DNA of 64,000 bases from Convolutriloba macropyga (lineage: Eukaryota). Positions 11,112 to 24,630 of this stretch are shown here, piece after piece; positions within the stretch are counted from its first letter, which is position 1; each line of letters begins with the position of its first letter. The notes beneath the pieces are model-generated. The model worked only from the letters and a program-made list of their open reading frames with translations. It was not told the DNA's origin and did no database searches. The position numbers and the translations under genes were made by a program. The stretch lies in the NCBI RefSeq assembly GCF_964194025.1, contig NC_134474.1, positions 34,410,001 to 34,474,000 on the forward strand, written 5' to 3'.

Positions 11112-12481
11112 CTTGTTTTTCCATAATTAGAGCAACAATGTTCAATATTGAAAATTTCGCTGACAACGCTGGTGTAACGGCGACCAGCATTGTCCAGATT
11201 ACTATTGCTACCACTCATCCATTTATTTCACAATTGGAATATCTAAAACTGCTCAAACGGACAACTGCTTTCCTTTCCACCAAGTGGAACAAATCGTGAT
11301 GCAGCTTTTTAAGACATGCAAGATCTTGATTCTCTTGATCAAACTTGAAAGACTTTAACAAGAGCATTTCAGTTCAACATATTATGATGAATCTTGATAT
11401 ACCTTCGTTTGGTCTTGTTCGTAAAATAATTTTTTATTCAAGAACATGCAAATATCTTGCAAGTTTGTACATATGTTGACGTTTGCTCACCAAGAAAGTT
11501 ATCAAGATATCATCTAGATATTTCAAGTTGCATTTCATTGGCCACTATTAGCTTCGAGTTATGAGATCTTTGTTAAAGTTAATCTGTTTCCTCTAACAAC
11601 TGCCCGCTATTTGAATTGTAGGAGCGATTTCAAACTTTAATCATAGCAAACCACTGCGGTTGCAAAAATACCCTATAGTTTGTTAATCTAACGTTGTTAA
11701 AATAAATATCGTCCGCGGCAGTGAAGCAATCAGTTCCTAGAAATCAGATCGATTTGATTTGTTAGGTTATGTAAACGTTTTAGAAAATTGTTTACTGATT
11801 ATCACAAAAATTAATTCTACCCAAATTATGAGGAGCCAATCTTCATGATAATTGATTCGAATTTGTTTGATTAGTGAATTTCTGATTTGTAACATTTGAG
11901 TGGTGCCTTGAATATTAGCCAAATGGAAATCAGCCGAATAAAATGTCAATTCTATAGAATATCAACAAATGTCTCTAAAAAGCTTTTTTCAGACAAATAT
12001 CAGAAATGCTATCTAAATTTTTTAAGCAAAAAGTTGCACTCTAAGTTTTGACAAAAAAAATCCAAAAAGTTGGATTTTTCAAGTTGACGCAAAGCATTTT
12101 GTTCGTTTTATGTTTAAGATTAATTAAGATAACCACGGCCAATATTCCGGAAACCCATTTGAGTATTGTTGTTTGAGTTACTTAAAAATATTTTTGATGT
12201 GTTGTCATTATTTTGTTCACATTTTACGCGAGAATTTAAATTCTGCTATTTTGTTTCCTCATATTAATTCAATCATAGATCTATGCAAGTTAAACAGAAC
12301 CTAGGTCGTCTCAGAAGGCGATTTTACGAATAGAATTGAAGCAATCAAATAATGAAAATGGTTGTCTCGCACTAAGTATTCAAAATAATAAAAGTGAACT
12401 GAACCCCGCTTTGGAGAGGCAGAAGACCAGTCCGGTGCCTCAGAATTTTTACAAATGGTGCGTCGGTGGTCGCAGATCAAG

Positions 12482-12485
12482 GTGT

Positions 12486-12521
<36 letters not shown>

Positions 12522-12966
12522 GTGTGTCTGTGTTTTTGGAGTNNNNNNNNNNNNNNNNNNNNNNNNNNNNNNNNNNNNNNNNNNNNNNNNNNNNNNNNNN
12601 NNNNNNNNNNNNNNNNNNNNNNNNNNNNNNNNNNNNNNNNNNNNNNNNNNNNNNNNNNNNNNNNNNNNNNNNNNNNNCACGCGCGCGTATGTGTGTGTGT
12701 GTGTGTGGGGGGGGGGGTGGTATGTCTGTGCGGGCACGCGCGTGTGTTTGCGTGCGTGTGTGTGGTGGCGGGTGTTGGGTAGGGGTGTGGTGTGTATGTG
12801 AGCACGAGCGCGTTTGGGTGTGTGAGCCTATCTGTGTGTGTGTCTGTGTTCGTGTGTTTGTGCGCTTTCATGTGTGTTTCTGTGTGTATGCTTGTTTGTG
12901 TGTGGTGTGTGTATGTGTGTGGTGTGATTGTCTGTGTGTTGCGTGTGTGTGTGGTATGTGTGTGTT

Positions 12967-13007
<41 letters not shown>

Positions 13008-14723
13008 CGCGCGTGGGTGAGTGTGTAAGGGTGTGTGTTAGTGTATGGGTGTGGTTAAGTGTGTGTGTGTATGTGTGTGGATTGGCTTGGGTGGTGTGTG
13101 TTTATGTTTTGTGTGTATGCGTTGTGGTCTTTGTTTTTATGTGGTGTGTTTTCGTGTTTGTGGTGTGGTGTGTTGTGTTTGTGTGTGGGTGTGTGTGTAG
13201 GGGGGGGGGGGGGTCGTGTATGTGCGTGCGTGGTGTGTTTGCGCGTGGTCACGCGAGCGCGCGCGCGTGTGTGTGTGTGTGGGAGCGTGCGCGTGTGTGT
13301 GAGCGTCTCTGTGTGTGTGTGTGTGTGTGCGGGCACGCGCGTGTGTTTGCGTGCGTGTGTGGTTGAGGGGGGTTTGGGTTTTGGATAGGGGTGTGGTGTG
13401 TGTATATGTGAGCACGAGCGAGTTTGGGTGTGCCTGTATCTGCGTGTGTGTGTGTGTCAGTGTGTGTGTGTGAGCGTGCGCTGGCATGTTTTTCTGTGTG
13501 TGTTTTATGTGTTTGTGTGTGTGTGTTTTTGTGCGTGGTGTGGTGTGTGTTTGTATGTGTGTGTGTGTGTGTCTGTGTGTGGGGGGGGGGGGGGGGTTGG
13601 CGCGTGCGTGTGCGCGCGCGTGTGTATGTGGATGCGTGTGTGTTGGAGAGCGTGTGTGTTTGGTCTGTGGGTGTGGGGGGGGGGGGGGTGGGTTGGTGTG
13701 GTGTGATGTGTGCGGGAACGCGCGTGTGTTTGCGTGCGTGTGGTGGGGCTTTGGTTAGGGGTGTGCTTGTGTTTATGTGAGCACGAGCGCGTTTGGGTTT
13801 GTGCGCGTGTTTGTGTGCGTGTGCCTGTAAGTGTGTTCGTCTGTGTGTGCGTGCGTGTGTTTAGGTGTGGTTGTGTGTGTCTGCGTGTGTGTGCTATGTG
13901 TTTGGTGTATGTTTGTATTGTGTTTTGTGTGTGTGTTTGCGTGTGTGGTCGCTTGCGTGGGTGTGGTTAGCTGTGTGTGTGGTCTGTATGTTGTTTGTGT
14001 GTTTGTGTCTGTGGGTGTGGTGTGTGTATGGTTTGTTTGTGTTTTTGCGTGTGTATGGTTTTGTGTATGTGTTTGCAAGTCGGTGGTGTTTGTTTGTGTG
14101 TGTTTTTGTTTGTGTGTGTGCGCGCGTCTGTGGTGTGTCTGGTTGTGTATGGGGTATGTGTGTGTGAGGGTGTGCGTGGGTGAGTGTGTAAGGGTGTGTG
14201 TAGGCGTGTGTGTTTGTGTTTGTGTGTAGTTGGGTGTGAGAGGTTAAGTGTGTGTTTGTGTGTGTGTGTGTCGATGGACTTGTGTGTGGTGTGGTGTGTT
14301 TGTGGTGGCTGTGTATGTGTTGTTTTGTTTTCGCGTACGTTTGTTTATGCGTTTATTGCGTTTGCGAGTTTGTGGTGTGGTTTGTTTGCGTGTTACGCGC
14401 GCGCGTGTGTGGGAGCGGGTGCGTGTGTGTGAGCGTCTTATGTGTGTGTGTGCGGGCACGCGCGTGTGTTTGCGTGCGTGTGTGGTGGGGGGGGGGGGTT
14501 TGAGTTTTGGATAGGGGTGTGGTGCGTGTGTTTGTGAGCACGAGCGCGTTTGGGTGTGTGCGCGTGTTTGTGTGCGTGTGTGCCTGTATGTGTGTCTGTG
14601 TGTGTGTGTGCGTGCGTGTTTAAGTGTGGTTGTGTGTGTCTGCGTGTGTGTGCTATGTGTTTGGTATGTTTGTGTTGTGTTTTGTGTGTGTTTCCGTTTG
14701 GTCGCGTGCGTGGGTGGTTAGCT

Positions 14724-14764
<41 letters not shown>

Positions 14765-15167
14765 GTGTGTGTATGTGCGGTGTGTGTGTTTGCGTCTGTG
14801 GGTGTGGTGTGTGTATGGTATGTTTGTTTTTGTGTGTGTGTGTGATTTTGTGTATGTGTTTGCAAGTCGGTGGTGTTTGTTTGCGTGTATTTTTGTTTGT
14901 GTGTGTGTGTGCGTCTGTGGCGTGTCTGGTTGTGTATGGTGTATGTGTGTGTGGGTGAGGGTGTGTGCGTGGGTATGTAAGGGTGTGTATAGGTGTGTGT
15001 GTGTGTGTGTGTGTTTGTGTCTGAGAGGTTAAGTGTGTGTTTGTGTGTGTGTCGATGGATTTGTGTGCGGTGTGGTGTGTTTATGTGGTAGGTGTGTATG
15101 TGTTGTAGTGTTTTTTCATGTACCTTTGTTTTTGTGTGTGTTGTGTTTGCGTGTTTGGTGTGGTGTG

Positions 15168-15205
<38 letters not shown>

Positions 15206-15495
15206 CGTGAGAGTTGTGTTTTTGTGTGTCTGTTGTGTGGGAGGGTGTGTGTTTGTGTGGTAGGGTGTGTGTGGACGTGTTTGTATGGTGTGTGTGTGTG
15301 TGCGTGCGGTTTGGTGTGGGTGTTTGTGTGGTGATTGGGTTTGTGTTTGTGTGTGGCGTGGGTGTGGGTGGGTGGGTACGTGGGTGGGTGTGTGTATGGT
15401 GTGGTGTTTGTGTGGTGTGTGTATGTATGTTTGTGTGTGTGCGTGAGTGTATATATGTTTGTATGCATGCTTGTATGTCTTTGTGTCGGTGTGTA
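12482..15495. repeat. ~3-kb degenerate (TG)n/(CA)n compound microsatellite with recurring GC-rich motifs
   Basis: Almost pure T/G on the + strand. Motif gcgggcacgcgcgtgtgtttgcgtgcgtgtg recurs near 12730, 13329, 13713 and 14452. Confidence 0.95.
12543..12677. other. Assembly gap (135 N)
   Basis: Run of n characters. Confidence 1.
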
Positions 15496-16827
15496 TTGTT
15501 TTTTATCTGAACTATTGCCAATGTTATTGCAACCTTCAAGAATATGATGACTCAAAAAACCACCAAAATTGCAACATCAAATTTGACTTTTTTGTCCTGT
15601 AACTTGAAACATAAGAGTGTAAAAAAGAATAAAGGTGTAACTTCTATGATTTACATGCAACACCCGTTAGTGCTATTATACAACCCTGAACTCGGTTTAG
15701 GCAATGAAATATTTGTAGAAGCATGATGCAACGAATAAAATTTTTGCATAACCTTTTGAAACCAAGCTGCGTTTGCGAAATTTTGGAACTTAACAGCGTT
15801 GATCAATGGAACCACGTCGCAACTAAGGATAATCCAGCTCACGGAATCAGCTTTTTTAAAACAATTTTTACATATTGTGAGGATGTCGTACATAATTTTT
15901 TGCTTTGAACGAACTGAGAATACTCACAGTAGGCTTCACCCAGGGAAAAGAGTGCAATAAAGGGTGGACAAAAGAGTGTAATTTTAGTGTATTTGTAAAA
16001 GTGTATTAAGAGTGGGCTAAAGTGTAAAGAGTGTACACAAAAGTGTAATTTTCATAAAATTACACTACTCTTTTCTTTGCTAATTAAGAGTGGAATTGGC
16101 TTTACACCCTTATTCTCGCTTAATAACGGTGGAATACGGATGGACGCCTCGGCTCGAGAAATATTTTTTTTCAATTGAATCTTTTTGGCATAATTAAAGC
16201 CCAAACAAATGATCATTTTGCAATTGCTTTAGAAGAAAGATTGATTATAACTATCAAAAAAGCGTATTTTTTAAGAAAGGATGGAAAAGTTCAAACGCCT
16301 TTCAACGTATGTAAAGCTTACCGGCAATGGCAAATATATAAACAAGGAGTAAAAAAATCTGCCCTTCGAACCACACTTTGGCAGAAAACGGAATATTTCG
16401 CTAAGCAAAATTAGTACTGAGCATAATGCATTTGTCTGATCAATTGTTAAAGAACTTCTGTTTCGATGATGAGTATCTCTCCGACGATGCATGAAGGACA
16501 GCCGAACGTAGCAAAGAAGGAATTTTGCGCCCCATGAATAAAGGTTTTCGCAAGGGGGAGGGAAAACGCCTTTCATTCCTCCAAAATTTTGAAACGTGAT
16601 CCTGCGGGGCAACCGATTAATCAATATAGAGTTGGCAGGTACAAAATAGCGGGACAAAATATCTTGGAAAAGCATGCTTGGCCTAAATTTGGTGCTATTT
16701 CACGGGTCTACATTCTTAAATATATAGCTTACGATGCCGATTGTTAAGAAGCGCGGGAAAGCAAGTTAAGGACCTCAATTCCAACATTGCAAAATTTGGT
16801 TCGAAAGATAACCGTAAGATCTCTATT

Positions 16828-17773
16828 ATTAATAGCCGCCTTCATCTTCTCAGCCGGCTATTATAGCGCTCCTATTTTTACAATTCAAAGAATTTGAATT
16901 GTATTGGGGCGCTGTCTTTTTTTTTAAGATCTGTTCACACATTTTCATGATTTTTGAAGTCAAATTGGAGTAGTGATTTTGGTCACGCCGAAACAGGAAG
17001 TGGAGCGAAAAAGCGATTGGTTTTGCGGCGTGAAATTTTTTCGCTCTAAATTTAAAGTAGAGTGAGAAAACGGTGTTTGAACAAAAATTCGCTTTCTCGC
17101 TAGTGGTTTTTTGTTCACATGCGGCAATTTCACTTTGATTTTTACTGTTTTTTCGATTTTGTGGATCGGATTTTTTTCTAAATGGTTTTCCCAATCCATT
17201 CATAGTCCGTTCAAGGTCTAGTTTTCTGTTTAGTTAGTGAAAATTCTTTGAATTGTGCGTCAGGACTTGTCCTGCTATGTTTTTTTTTACTTCGTCGAAC
17301 TTTTTTTCGCTTTACCATTTTGCCGCTTTTTCGACATTTTGCGTGAAACCTTTTTGACTTCTCTAGGCTAGTTTCTCTCTTCTCTCATTCTGCTAAAAGT
17401 GAATTTGAACATCAGTTCCTCGGCAAAGCAAATCAAAATGAACAGAGTCAGTATAAAAAATTGAAGTCAGAAATAGAAACGGGATAAACCCATATAGCCC
17501 AATTTTAGATGCCCGCTATTTGAACGTCGTTCCTATAAGTCTTAGTTACCATCTCTTATGCTTATTGGTAACGCTAGTAGCCCCTGTAGCCTCTCTCTAA
17601 GAAGAAACAGAAATATGTTCAACTACGAAATGCCGTCAAAATATATCGGACTTAAAAAATGTTTTTGTACAAAAATCTTTTTTTTCAATATTTTCTATTC
17701 TTTCAATCCCAATCATGCTTATTGGAATCAACGGCGGCTATTTTCCGGCAATCTGCCTGGTATGTTCTGTTTT
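16828..17773 (+). mobile_element. HINE family A, copy 2 (internally shorter)
   Basis: 5' aatagccgcc (16831) with inverted cggctatt nearby; 3' ggcggctatt (17733-17742) plus hairpin ccggcaatctgcctgg. 16831-17160 resembles 5960-6280, and 17260-17765 resembles 8478-8955. Confidence 0.78.
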
Positions 17774-18468
17774 GCTGAAAGAACAGGCCCATCACAAATC
17801 AAACAAAGCACTGATTTCAAAATTGCGCTTTGTACGAGAAAACTAAAAAGCTGCGAAAAAGAAGATTAAAAAGTTGCCAGGAAAACACTACTGCGAAAAC
17901 ATAAATTCTTCAACAAAATCAAGAAAAGCACGCACGATGCGAGTAAAATTTCCCAAAAAATCTGGGTCGTTTCCAGCACGATTGTTTGATTTAGGAAACA
18001 TTACGGCACCCACAATGACAAAAACCACATCAACATCTGCCGCCAATATACAGAATTAAGGTCAAGCGGAAAAATCTTCCATGTTTTTGCACATGCAAAC
18101 CTTTCAAATAGAAAAAACCGTAGAAGATAATCACAAAACTATTTCGGATTTGATTCAGGGATCCCATCAGTCACATTTGTGGCATCATGTCCCGCTGAAA
18201 TAGTTTACCGTTCTGATACGGCGATTAACAAAAAGTTAATCCTTGGTTCGGCTCGACAAAGGGATCGGTTACAGTTGGTCCGGTGACCCCTATGTATCCG
18301 CAAGTACGATATGACAAGGAACCAAATCCCCAGGATTTTCGACCAGATAAAGCAGCAATTATTTATATACAATAAAACCGGGGGAAAATTTCAATTTGTA
18401 ATATAATTTATAAATTTTTTTTGTTCAATTGACGTTTTTTTGCTGAGGGGAAATTTGATATTATACCT

Positions 18469-21400
18469 AACAAGGCGGCTCGTTAATGTGCGTTCGCACA
18501 TGATGTTCCGACCCGAGCTCATCTACATTTTTGACTTAATTGTCAACCAAATGAAGAAATAACAAAAATAGATGCTTGAGTTTAAAACAATCGTTACACA
18601 ACCTATCTACTAATTACAATTACATAATGCCATGCCTTATTACAGCGCCAATGAGATCTGACCTTAAAGAGACTACGAGACAAAAAAACAACAAAAAATA
18701 GCATAAACACAAACTTCACGGCAAAAACTGAATATCTAAATTTAAAAGCACATAGTAACAACGTCAAAAAGCAGTCAGATAAAAGCTTAACTACTCCAAT
18801 TTAATTTGTCCTAACTATACAGTGGACGGAAAGTTTTCTTAATGAGACTATGTTACAATCAATGGGTCGATATTCAAAAATTAATCAACATTTTTTAAAC
18901 CAGGAAAATTCAAAAGTCTTAAAAATCTTTAGCTTTTAACTAAATAATCCATGATAAATTCCTAAAAAGTTACTACAAAACACAAAGGCCTTGTCTTTGG
19001 GTAGTTTAAGCCTTAGAAACGAACTAAAGAAAAACCTAAAAATTAGAAACGGTTTGCGAAAACACAAACTATTGCTACCATTAAAATCATTAGCTATTAT
19101 CTGAATATTATGTAGTTTTAATTCAATTTTTATATCTACTAATTCAGCTGCAGGAATTATACTGAGTGACTAGGTAAGTTTATTTGGGCCACATTTGTAA
19201 ACCATTGGGATCTGTTACTAAGCGATTGCTCTGAAAGAAGAGAAAAAAATACACAAAAATGACCACTCAAAAAACGTTTATAAGAACGCATATTGTCCAA
19301 CAAACAAAGCATGGGTGACAAATAATATCAGTAGATATGTTATTTTTTGGGATAAAAAAATTGAATTTGCCCTCTCATTGATGAAAATAAGTTACAATTT
19401 AAGGAAAAGAACAACAAAAGCTGAAAAGTTTGGAAAATGTTTGAAAATTTATATCATAAACTTTAAGACTAAAGGCTATAAGCTGACTAACTGATTCGAG
19501 CAATATCGTTAGTTCAATCCTCAAACACAAGCCTAAGAGACTTGTCAGCAATTTACGGCTTCCTAAAGAACAAAAACAGCAATTTCATGAAAAAAATTGA
19601 GCGAGAAAAGTGTCGAAGGCAACAAAAAATGAACCTTTCACTAAAAAATTTTATGTTCAATTAATTTTTAACAGCAATGGAATTCCTCTTTTTTTATCAA
19701 TATAGTTTGAAAATGTCAAACTTGAACAAATACATTAGTACCACGAAACTTTTGAGAAAACTCGTAGTATCAACGCCATTAGTTTCATTAGCTTTCAACG
19801 GAATTACCTAAATACGCTAAATTATACCTCCATGGGACAACAAGTTTATTGACAATTCATATTTGGTCAATAAGACCTTACAACAAGTTATTGAGGACGA
19901 AAACAACAACAAAGACAGGCAACAACCAAAAGTTTATTAGAAAAGTGCCAGAAGAAATTGTCGAAGCAATTTAAATCATAAGTTGTTCTCTGAAAACTTT
20001 ATACTTGATCCGTTGAACGTCTTCCCTAAATCAATAGGAACCATCAGTATTAGGATGTTGTGATAAATTTTTAAAAGGATCCAGAGATAAAAAAATGCCG
20101 GAAAATTAAAAAAAATTGAAAACTAGTGGCATTGAAGTTTTAAAACTAATAGGTAGAAGATAAAAACACTAACCAGAGTATTTTTGGCTGCATTAGAAAA
20201 AAAAGAGATCTTTTTAGTACTAAGACTGGCTAACAGTCCCCGAAAAAAGTTTAGAATTGGTTAATGTTCAAAAAATTTTCGAAAATCTTTTTTGAAAGTC
20301 TTAACAGCCATTAAACTCAAAAGTTTTTAACGGAAATCAATAACTAGGCTCAGAAGTAACACCATGGCAGGAAAAATATTTTTGTCATGCATAGATAATC
20401 AAAAATAGATCACAATAATTCTTAAGACTATGAAAACAACAACAACAAAAACATGCCAAAACCAAAATTCAGTAGAAAAGTGCGAGAAGAAAATTTCGAA
20501 GCCATTTAAACCATTAGCTTTTCACTGTAAACTTTATCTGTGATCCACTGGATTTCTTTTCCAAGCCAATGGGATTAGAATAATATCTGGATAACTTGTA
20601 TAATATTTAGATAATGTGATAAGAGTTCAAAACTAACCAATAATACGAAAATATCCAAAAATTGTTTTAACTTTTGAATTCTTGTGTTATTGAAGTCATA
20701 TAATCAATAGTTGGAAGATAAAAACTCCAACGAAATTTATTTCAGTTTCTGAAGAAAGCAAGTGGGTTCTGTCAATTTTGAGAGTGACTAACAGTTCAAC
20801 AAAATTTTAAGGTTGGTTAATGTTCAAAGAAAAATTTTCGAAAAATTGTTTTTTAAATTATTAACAGCCGTTAAATTTGATAATTTTCACCGGAAGTAAA
20901 AAATACGCTCAAATATGCTTCAATAGGAGTAAATAGATGTTTTCCATATATAGTTGACCAATAAGAAATCACAACAAGTCTTATAAGTCTCATGACTATG
21001 AAAACAACAACAAAATCAGGCAAAAACCAAAAATTCTGTGGAGAAGTGCAAGAAGAAAAAGTCGAAGCCATTTGAAACCATAAGCTTTTCTCCGAAAATT
21101 TTATCTGTGATCCACTGAACATCTTCTTGAAGCCAATAGGAGCTGTCAATAGGATAATTTGATAAGATTTCAAAAGTAACCAAAAATACGGAAATATCCA
21201 AAAAAAATTTTTGGAACTTTTTGAAATCTTGTGTCATTGAAGTCATATTAGAAAAAGCTGAACCGCGAGCTAGACCAAATTCGATTACAGTAGTGCGGAA
21301 GAGGGTGCTGTCATCACAGAGACTGACTTACAGTTCACGATAATGAGTTTATGATTGGTTAATTTTCAAAAAAAATGCGAAAAATTATTTTTAAAATCTT

Positions 21401-22167
21401 AACAGCCATTAGCTGTCCACTCAAAGCACTAGGTATGTTCACTTAAATCTCATTACGGATTATATATCACTGTTAGTCAATGATTCCATGCCATAAGATT
21501 CCAAAAAATTATTAAAATCTCAATAAGAACTTCAAAATTTCAATTAAAATTACGAAAACTCAGAGTCGAAATTAAAAAAAAACATGAGCAATTCCTTGAA
21601 AACGATTTTTTTATTGGGCTTCATTTGACTGTAAATGAGGTTTTTCATTAATGGCACTTGATATGAAAAGGGAATTGTCTCTAGGTGACTTAAAAAGCAA
21701 AAAAAGGAGAAAAGTTTTATAAAAGAAAGAGAAAAGGAGAAAAGTTTTTATAAAAAAAAAATTCGATTTTTTTTGATATTGAAGCTCCCTATGAGACCAG
21801 AACTAGTCTTTTTTATCGCCTTTAGTCTATCAGGAACACGAAATTGGTTCATTTTTGGCAAGAAATTTAAGTTTGAATTACTATTTTTGTAGAAAATATC
21901 TTAATTTGAAAAAAAAATCACACTAAAAGTGATCAAATATCCAGTTGTTCACACAAAACTTCGATCCTCGATAGCTCCTCGAAAAAAAACGAAAATCAAA
22001 GAAATCTTTTAAATTTTGAATTCTACGCTGGACCAGCTTTTTAATGATACCACTCACATTTCTCTGCGATGAATATATCGATCGGCCAAAATTGACTGAA
22101 CAAAAAAAAACCCATTTGAGTATATAGTTCCTCCCCCCCCCCCCCCACAAGTGTGGTCAGAACAATT
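18469..22167 (-). mobile_element. Non-autonomous Helentron-type element, family B, copy 1
   Basis: Hairpin atgtgc-gttc-gcacat (18486-18501) sits next to subTIR tgttccgacc (18504-18513). The inverted partner ggtcagaaca is at 22155-22164. Both ends are homologous to the ends of 38523-41510. Confidence 0.65.
19880..21410. repeat. Three diverged tandem units of ~540-570 bp inside HINE-B
   Basis: aaaacaacaac...agaa(a)agtgc.agaagaaa...tcgaagc.att recurs near 19900, 20433 and 21001; ttggttaatgttcaaa...aacagcc recurs near 20257, 20813 and 21355. Confidence 0.75.
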
Positions 22168-22889
22168 ATGTAATTATAGTTCAGTTTTGTTATTTCGTTT
22201 TGATAATATCTGATATGCCTCATAGATCAATTGTTCTTCTGTGCTCTATGTTCCTACAGCTGAAAAATAGTTTTGAGTTTTGTTCTGACAAATCTATGTC
22301 AACTATTTAACTCTCATTTTGCAACTCGCGACTGAGCTGTTAGATGTACTGTTGTCTGACTTAGTATTCTAGTTGAGCAAACTGAGGTTCAAATTGAATG
22401 GAATCAAAACTTAAGTTCAATTCTTGAATCAAATTTTAAGTTATGGAAAAACCTATTCTATGCTCGGCAAAAACATTAAAACTCAATGACAAAAAGGAAA
22501 ATATGTACATTCTCTTGACTGGATCTAAAAAAGCGAGTCATTAATGGTTTCCAATTGGTAACTACCACTCTGATTTACTCAGGACAACTCACTGTTTGAC
22601 AGATCATCGGGGTTCCAAAAACAATATTGGGAAAGAAGATAATATCAATAAATTGTGTTCTGTAGTCAACATTATCATGAGTTAATCACTCATTTACACA
22701 ACATAATCATTTGACAATATGGAGATCACCATGGGGCCAATTAACTAATGCTGGAAAATTTAACTAACGCTAATTAAACCATTTTGCTATTATTTCATGA
22801 TTTCCTAAAACATAGCTATCCAGAAGACTATCACAAAAAGTTTTGGTTTGTCTGTCTGTAAAGGTAGTTAAATCCTGCCATATCGACGG

Positions 22890-23773
22890 GTAAAAAAAAT
22901 TGTAGACAATGAAGTATTTTTGCTGCACGAACCTCAATTGAAAATTTGTTAAACAGCTTATTATCTATCGCAATTTTTTTGCACTTTTGGTTAGCTGACA
23001 ATACGTTTTCCCAGAAGTTTCAATAACGTGATTTACCGGTTCAGCGGCATTTTTCCCTTAAATTTTTTAAATCAATAGTTTTGCCGGTGCATATAAATTT
23101 AACTCGGTCGCTGAATAGATTTGGTTTTCTTCTCGATAATGCCAAATACTATCAAATTTCTTTTTGAAAATTAACTCTGAGTAATCCATTTATATGACAG
23201 TCAATTCATTTCATCCTCTCTGTAGTTGCTGATTCGTAGACCGAAACACCATATTGAACGAGTGGTCGGACACATACTTTGTAGGCTCTAATCAACTGAT
23301 GAATACTTTCCCTAGTCTTTAAAAATTGAGTCAAAGTTGATCAGTGTGGTATCTGTTTTTGTTATGCGTACATAGAGGTTTAATTTAGCAGCAATTTGCA
23401 CGCCAAAATACCCGGAACTTTCTACAATTGACATACAATTCCTTCTCCTGTATTGTGAGTTTTTTGCAGATAAGATGTAAATTCTAGTTCTTTTCATGAC
23501 TTTTGCAGTATTATGCGAATTTAAGCACTGTACTATGAGTAGCACAGCTTGAAATTGTCTACATACAGTGTGAAAATTAACTCTGGGAAGCAAAAATTGT
23601 TCATCATCTTGTGAGTACTCGACAACCTTATCCTCTGTTGATTTTGAGTTTGAGAAAATTTTCATTTTCATTTCGGAAGACTGCTTATTTGATCGGAGTA
23701 GACTTTTTATATGGAAAACAAAATTTGAATGTCGATCAAATGTGTTGTACAAGCTAATTTGTTTCTGAAACAT
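22890..23773 (-). pseudogene. Highly degraded non-LTR retrotransposon RT C-terminal fragment; boundaries approximate
   Basis: SSGYFGVQIAAKLNLYVRI resembles KYLGV.ID.KL.F..HI. Downstream, the minus strand at ~23230-23287 reads AYKVCVRPLVQYGVSVY (consensus YK..VRP.LEY). VEYSQDD may be a decayed YADD. Confidence 0.55.
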
Positions 23774-24073
23774 ATGAAAATTACGATTTTAAAATAAATT
23801 GAAATTTTACAAAATAAATTTTTTATATACGATTTTGAAAATTGTACTTTTAACTTCTCTGAACTTTTAGAGGTAATCACAGACTTCTCTAATTACATGT
23901 GAACGTCAACATTCATTGAACACTTTTGATTCCAAATTTAATAATGCGGTGCAGATGATATTTCAATAGATCAAGTGTTAAAAGCCGAATTTGTTGTTAA
24001 GACGCTCGATCTGTCGGTGACCGCCTTTTTCCAATGGTTTTGAAAAATCCTTTGATTATTGTTCTCTTAAAAC

Positions 24074-24091
24074 CTGTCGCTAACAGCAGCT
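24074..24091 (+). promoter_or_regulatory. Motif conserved upstream of both lectin genes
   Basis: ctgtcgctaacagcagct lies 130 nt before ATG 24204; ctgtcgctataccagcagct lies 124 nt before ATG 41905. Confidence 0.45.
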
Positions 24092-24203
24092 AATTACTTG
24101 ACGCAGCATATTGTCTAAATCCACACACCAGATTTTGGGTGGTACTGAAAAATCATATCATTTAAAAACTATCCTTGGAGTTGTAGCGGCAACAAGGATC
24201 TCC

Positions 24204-24630
24204 ATGAAGATGTTTGTGTTGACTTTCAGCGTGTTTTTGATGTCAATAAGCTCAGCAGGAGCTTCTGGTTCTAAAACTCCATGCGTTTCTGGCATGAAGA
24301 ACATCTACAACTCTCGGTTGCCCGGATGCTACGCTCTGGTTGACCCTGCAAAAGGTCTCCTGACATATAGCGAGGCTGTCAGTGAATGTAGGAAGATCCA
24401 CTTGAGAGCTGGCCCCGTCATAATGGGTGATAAAGACTCCTTGGCGGACATCGCTCAGTTCGCAATTGACGAGGGACTTCCAAGGGGAGGAAAAGCAGGG
24501 TTCTGGCTTGGATTCTTCAGGAGTGTTTTTGCGCCACTAGATGCAAATGGAACCCTAAGTGCAGAAAATGCTGCCATCCGGAAAGACAGGAGTCGATTCC
24601 ATTTTATATACCATATGTCACAATTCCCCG
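24204..24630 (+). CDS. Secreted C-type lectin domain protein A, exon 1
   Basis: Signal peptide MKMFVLTFSVFLMSISSAGA, PC..G...CY, TYSEAVSEC and GFWLG (WIGL-equivalent). Phase-1 donor g|gtaggt at 24630/24631 matches the paralog's position. Confidence 0.85.

Noticed and set aside
12336-15555. Dozens of Cys/Val- or His/Thr-rich ORFs
   Set aside because: Artefacts of TG/CA repeats lacking stop codons; several span the N gap.
15938-16115. aagagtgt-rich patch with inverted aaagtgtaatttt/aaaattacact
   Set aside because: Probably a MITE remnant, but no matching right terminus or TSD could be defined.
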